Source: Phoronis australis (taxonomy: Eukaryota; Animalia; Phoronida). Taken from it: a stretch of DNA of 64,000 nt. The translations under genes were made by a program, and so were the position numbers. How positions within the stretch are numbered: position 1 is the stretch's first letter; each line of letters opens with the position of its first letter. Below the pieces are notes generated by a model. That model had not been told where the DNA came from. It did not search any database and saw only the letters and a list, made by a program, of their open reading frames with translations. Shown here in pieces: positions 60,540 through 64,000 of the stretch. Where the stretch lies: contig NMRA01000074.1 in assembly GCA_002633005.1 (NCBI GenBank), positions 897,097-961,096 of the forward strand, read 5' to 3'.

Positions 60540-63240
60540 AAAGAAAAAAAGTATGGAAGAAACTCCAGTTTGGTAAGTGTATTTATCAAAAATGAATTAG
60601 GTAAATAATTTTGACGTTTAAAAGTGGACCATATTCACAGTGTATTCTAAAGGGGACACAACGACGTTATTAATTGATTGATTTATGTAGCCCCAGAACT
60701 GTCGCCAGTGTATGAAAACGCCGCAGAGAAACAATGGGCTAACCCTGTTTGGCCGGAAGTTGTTGAATTGTCCCAGAAGTTTTGTGATTATCATTTTGCT
60801 GTCATTGGTGGCCTAAATGATACAGTAGGAAACTTGCAAGACTATATTTTGGATGATAGCGAGGATTTCTTACCGTGTCAGAACTGGTCGGATAATGACA
60901 CATTTTGTTCTCCCAGACAAGCACCACTGTAGACTGTTTGTGTCAACAAGTCTATTCCAACATATTTCCGATTTTAGTGCAGACATATTTGTAATCATTT
61001 TCTTAATTTTTGTAATGCTGCAGGTAATTGTGTTTACGAAAGTCGTTGCAGAGTTAACCAATCAACATCACAATCGCACACTCGGCTAAAGTGGGACAGT
61101 GGCGAGTACCAGAATTCCATGAAGTGATCTCCAATTGCCTACCAGAAAGTCTAGATCGAATAGTTGGACAGATTGCTCGTGGCGACTAAAAAAGTGCAAC
61201 AGATGGTGTCACAAATCTGTAGAAACACACAACAATGACAAACAGAAACGCGTTTATGCTAAACGGCAGATCAAACAACCCCTTGGGGTGACAAAGAATT
61301 ACAAACTGCAAAAAAAAACTAAAAAATCACTCTTTGAATGTTTTTCGAATAATACACTTCCATCGGAAAATTGGCAGACAATATACAAAGAAATACGAAA
61401 CAATTTCGCACGTTTTACAAAAAAAAGAAGAAGAGTATCAAGTTGCTAGAAACTATTTGGATAGCAGAAATAATCGAAACCAATTTTGGGCTTTGGTAAA
61501 CTCAAATTTTAATAGTACTCTAAAGGAATTCTTGATTATCCAGAACGATGGTACATGAACGTTTCAATTCGTTGTTCAATGAACCGAAGGAACTAAGCGA
61601 CACTACGTCAAATGAGGCCGTAAGACAACAAGAAAGCCGTGGCAATTATTGTGATGCTTGTGACGTAAATTTACCTGACCTGAATATTGCTTCTAATGTG
61701 AGGAAATTGACCGAGGTACTGTATACTGGATATTCCAAACGGAAAACCCGCTGGCATTGATCATGATTGTGCTTGAAATGTTGAAGAGTACAAGGGCAGC
61801 TATTATTCCTGTATTGGAACTGCTCTTCGATGCAATTCTCTCTACACATTACTACCCACAGGGCTGAACTGACGCAATAATTGTTCCCATATTTAAACAG
61901 GGTAACACTGAAAATGAAAACAATTATAGAGTTATTTCATTATGGTCAGCAGTAGGAAAGCTATTCACCAAACTTCGAATAACCGGCTTAATTAAAACCT
62001 GGTTAGAGGCAAATGACGGACTTCATGAACCACAGGCGGGATTCCGCAAAGCTATTGCACACAAGACCACTGTTTACGCTTCAGACTATGTGCCAAAACT
62101 AAAGTACATGTATATACCGGGGGTCGTTTTTGTTATGCTTTTGTCGACTTTTCGAAGGCGTCTGACAGAGTTCCTCACATGCTACTATGATGCAGATTAT
62201 GAAAATTGTGGTGACCATAGCAATCTACGTACAGCAAATATCGTTCGTGGACTCGAGAAAGGTTAATCGAACTCCTAGGTAATGCCCAAAACATTAGATT
62301 TATATCAATGAACATGCGCTTCTCAGAGCGTACAGTATGAGAAGTGGTATTATGGAAATCAATTAGTGCAGGTTATCTCCCAATGAATATCTTGGAATAA
62401 TTTTACACCAAGATTAGTTTGGCCAAATGCGTCTAAAACCGTTCAAGGTAGTAAGAAACCGGTACACGGAATTGCAATTGAGCCTATCACTTGAGCTGTT
62501 TGTAATAAGTGGTGTGCCAATGGCTACGATGAGGAAATCTACGGATTTAAAGAAGGTGAATGGGTTGAAAGTGTATAATGTAAAATTACTCTTGGAGTTG
62601 AATGCTATCAGCCAAACGCAGTTGTATCCGACGAAAGTGGAATTTGTCCTCTTTATGTCGCATGTTTAAAATAGAGCTTTTGAAAATGCCACCCACTAGA
62701 TGCATTAAACAGCTTACAAAATGTTAATTGATTTAGATTCGAATGGAAGAAATACTTGGGTATCTTCTGTTAGACAATTGCTGTCAAAATATGTTTTTAT
62801 GAAATTTGTTTTGAATCGAGGTGTTACGTGCTGAGCCTCCGTTTTTAGTATCTTCGTGCAAAAAATTAATGACTGCTATGGCAGCTCAGATGGCGAGGAA
62901 AAACTGAGCGTAATGCAAAATTTAAATACCACCGTACTGTTTTGAACCGAGAATGTGGAATGTTACCATAGATTATGTTTGATTTGCAATGGCGGTCTTG
63001 TAGAGGATGAATACCACTTCTTGTTGATTTGCAAGGAGTATGAACGAAGTTAAGAGGAAGAACCTAACTCAATAATCCTGCAGACTCCTTCTGGCTAATC
63101 CAGACATGTCCGTTGTGTATTCTGCACTTAACAGAAGAGAACAACTCTTAAATACGTTGACTGTGTATGCTGTAAATGTGCTTGCTTAATTTATGTTTAT
63201 TGTACTTTGGGCCAGAGGCTTTTATAATACAAATATTAAA
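60540..63240 (+). mobile_element. Decayed non-LTR retrotransposon ORF2 (AP endonuclease + RT; RTEX/L2-like)
   Basis: Endonuclease remnant IYVAPELSPVY...VIGGLNDTVGNLQDYILDD. RT remnants AIIVPIFKQG...NNYRVISL.SAVGKLFTK, W.EANDGLHEPQAGFRK and AFVDFSKA.DRVPH. Many frameshifts and stops; A-rich 3' end near 63230. Confidence 0.8.
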
Positions 63241-64000
63241 CGTATGTAGATAGAACATCAGAGGAAGTTCTTTATGACTCGTTATACTTTGTTCTCGTCA
63301 TACGATTCTCCAAATATGCCGTCAATCCGAGTCAGTAGTGGAACAGACGTACAGTGTATGTAAACTCAACACCATTAGTTTAATAACAATGCTAGTAGGC
63401 CCTACATGCTGAGGACGGCGTCCAAGCTTCAAGATGAGCTTTGAAAGGTACTGATTTATTTTAAGTAAGGTAACTGAAACTTTTTTGTTGTTGCTCGAAT
63501 TACATGTACATTTATGAGCATTGACAAAATACACCCCTATTGTGCCTACATCCGCTATGTAAGGGTATTAAAATGCATAAACATTATACAGTGCAATGTA
63601 CTACCCTAGAGGAGGGTTACAACTACATTGCAAGCACCTGTCATGCTGGCTACCATCAGGATTTCAAAATGAAAATAACTTGATTGCAATAATATTCAGC
63701 ATTTGATTAAAAATTTAACTGCAACGAAATGTTAATATGGATTGTGCTTTTAAAGGGCTCATACCAAATATCATGACCATTGATGAATGCAAATCTGTTG
63801 GGCAATGAACGATATTCAACGTTATACATTTTCACAACGTTTCAATAAAAAATTGAATTCAAGTGTAATGTATACTTGAAAATAAATCGGTTTCATAATA
63901 TTCGTTAGTTATCGTGGTAGGTTTCAGTGGCGGATTACCCCCTCTCCCACCCTAAAATTCTCCCATATTCCATCGGGCACTTCGAGGGTTAAAATGTCTG

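Overview
AT-rich, repeat-laden eukaryotic DNA, most likely from a marine invertebrate (lophotrochozoan-like; this is inference). There is no prokaryotic operon or CRISPR array, and most ORF-track entries are spurious. Reading splice sites by hand gives four coding items. (1) A 5-exon minus-strand gene (17500->9680) for a 237-aa secreted protein: signal peptide, 8-Cys chitin-binding (CBM14)-like module, acidic/Tyr linker, and a 12-Cys Ly6/uPAR three-finger domain with no GPI tail. (2) A TRPV-like ankyrin/6TM channel encoded almost entirely in one ~2.1-kb exon (minus, 27519-29626/29780). (3) An 8-exon plus-strand DNase I gene (45601-56624) with an intact catalytic set and a ~147-aa C-terminal extra domain that may be optional. 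(4) A probable terminal exon of an unidentified gene at 2292-2568. Non-coding structure includes nested Helentron/DINE-1-like elements carrying a same-orientation array of CTCF-like motifs (4.7-8.65 kb), and an inverted pair of palindrome-ended elements, one with an inserted tRNA-like cassette. There are also hAT and other MITEs, two decayed LINEs, mini/microsatellites, and a probable false duplication across an assembly gap.
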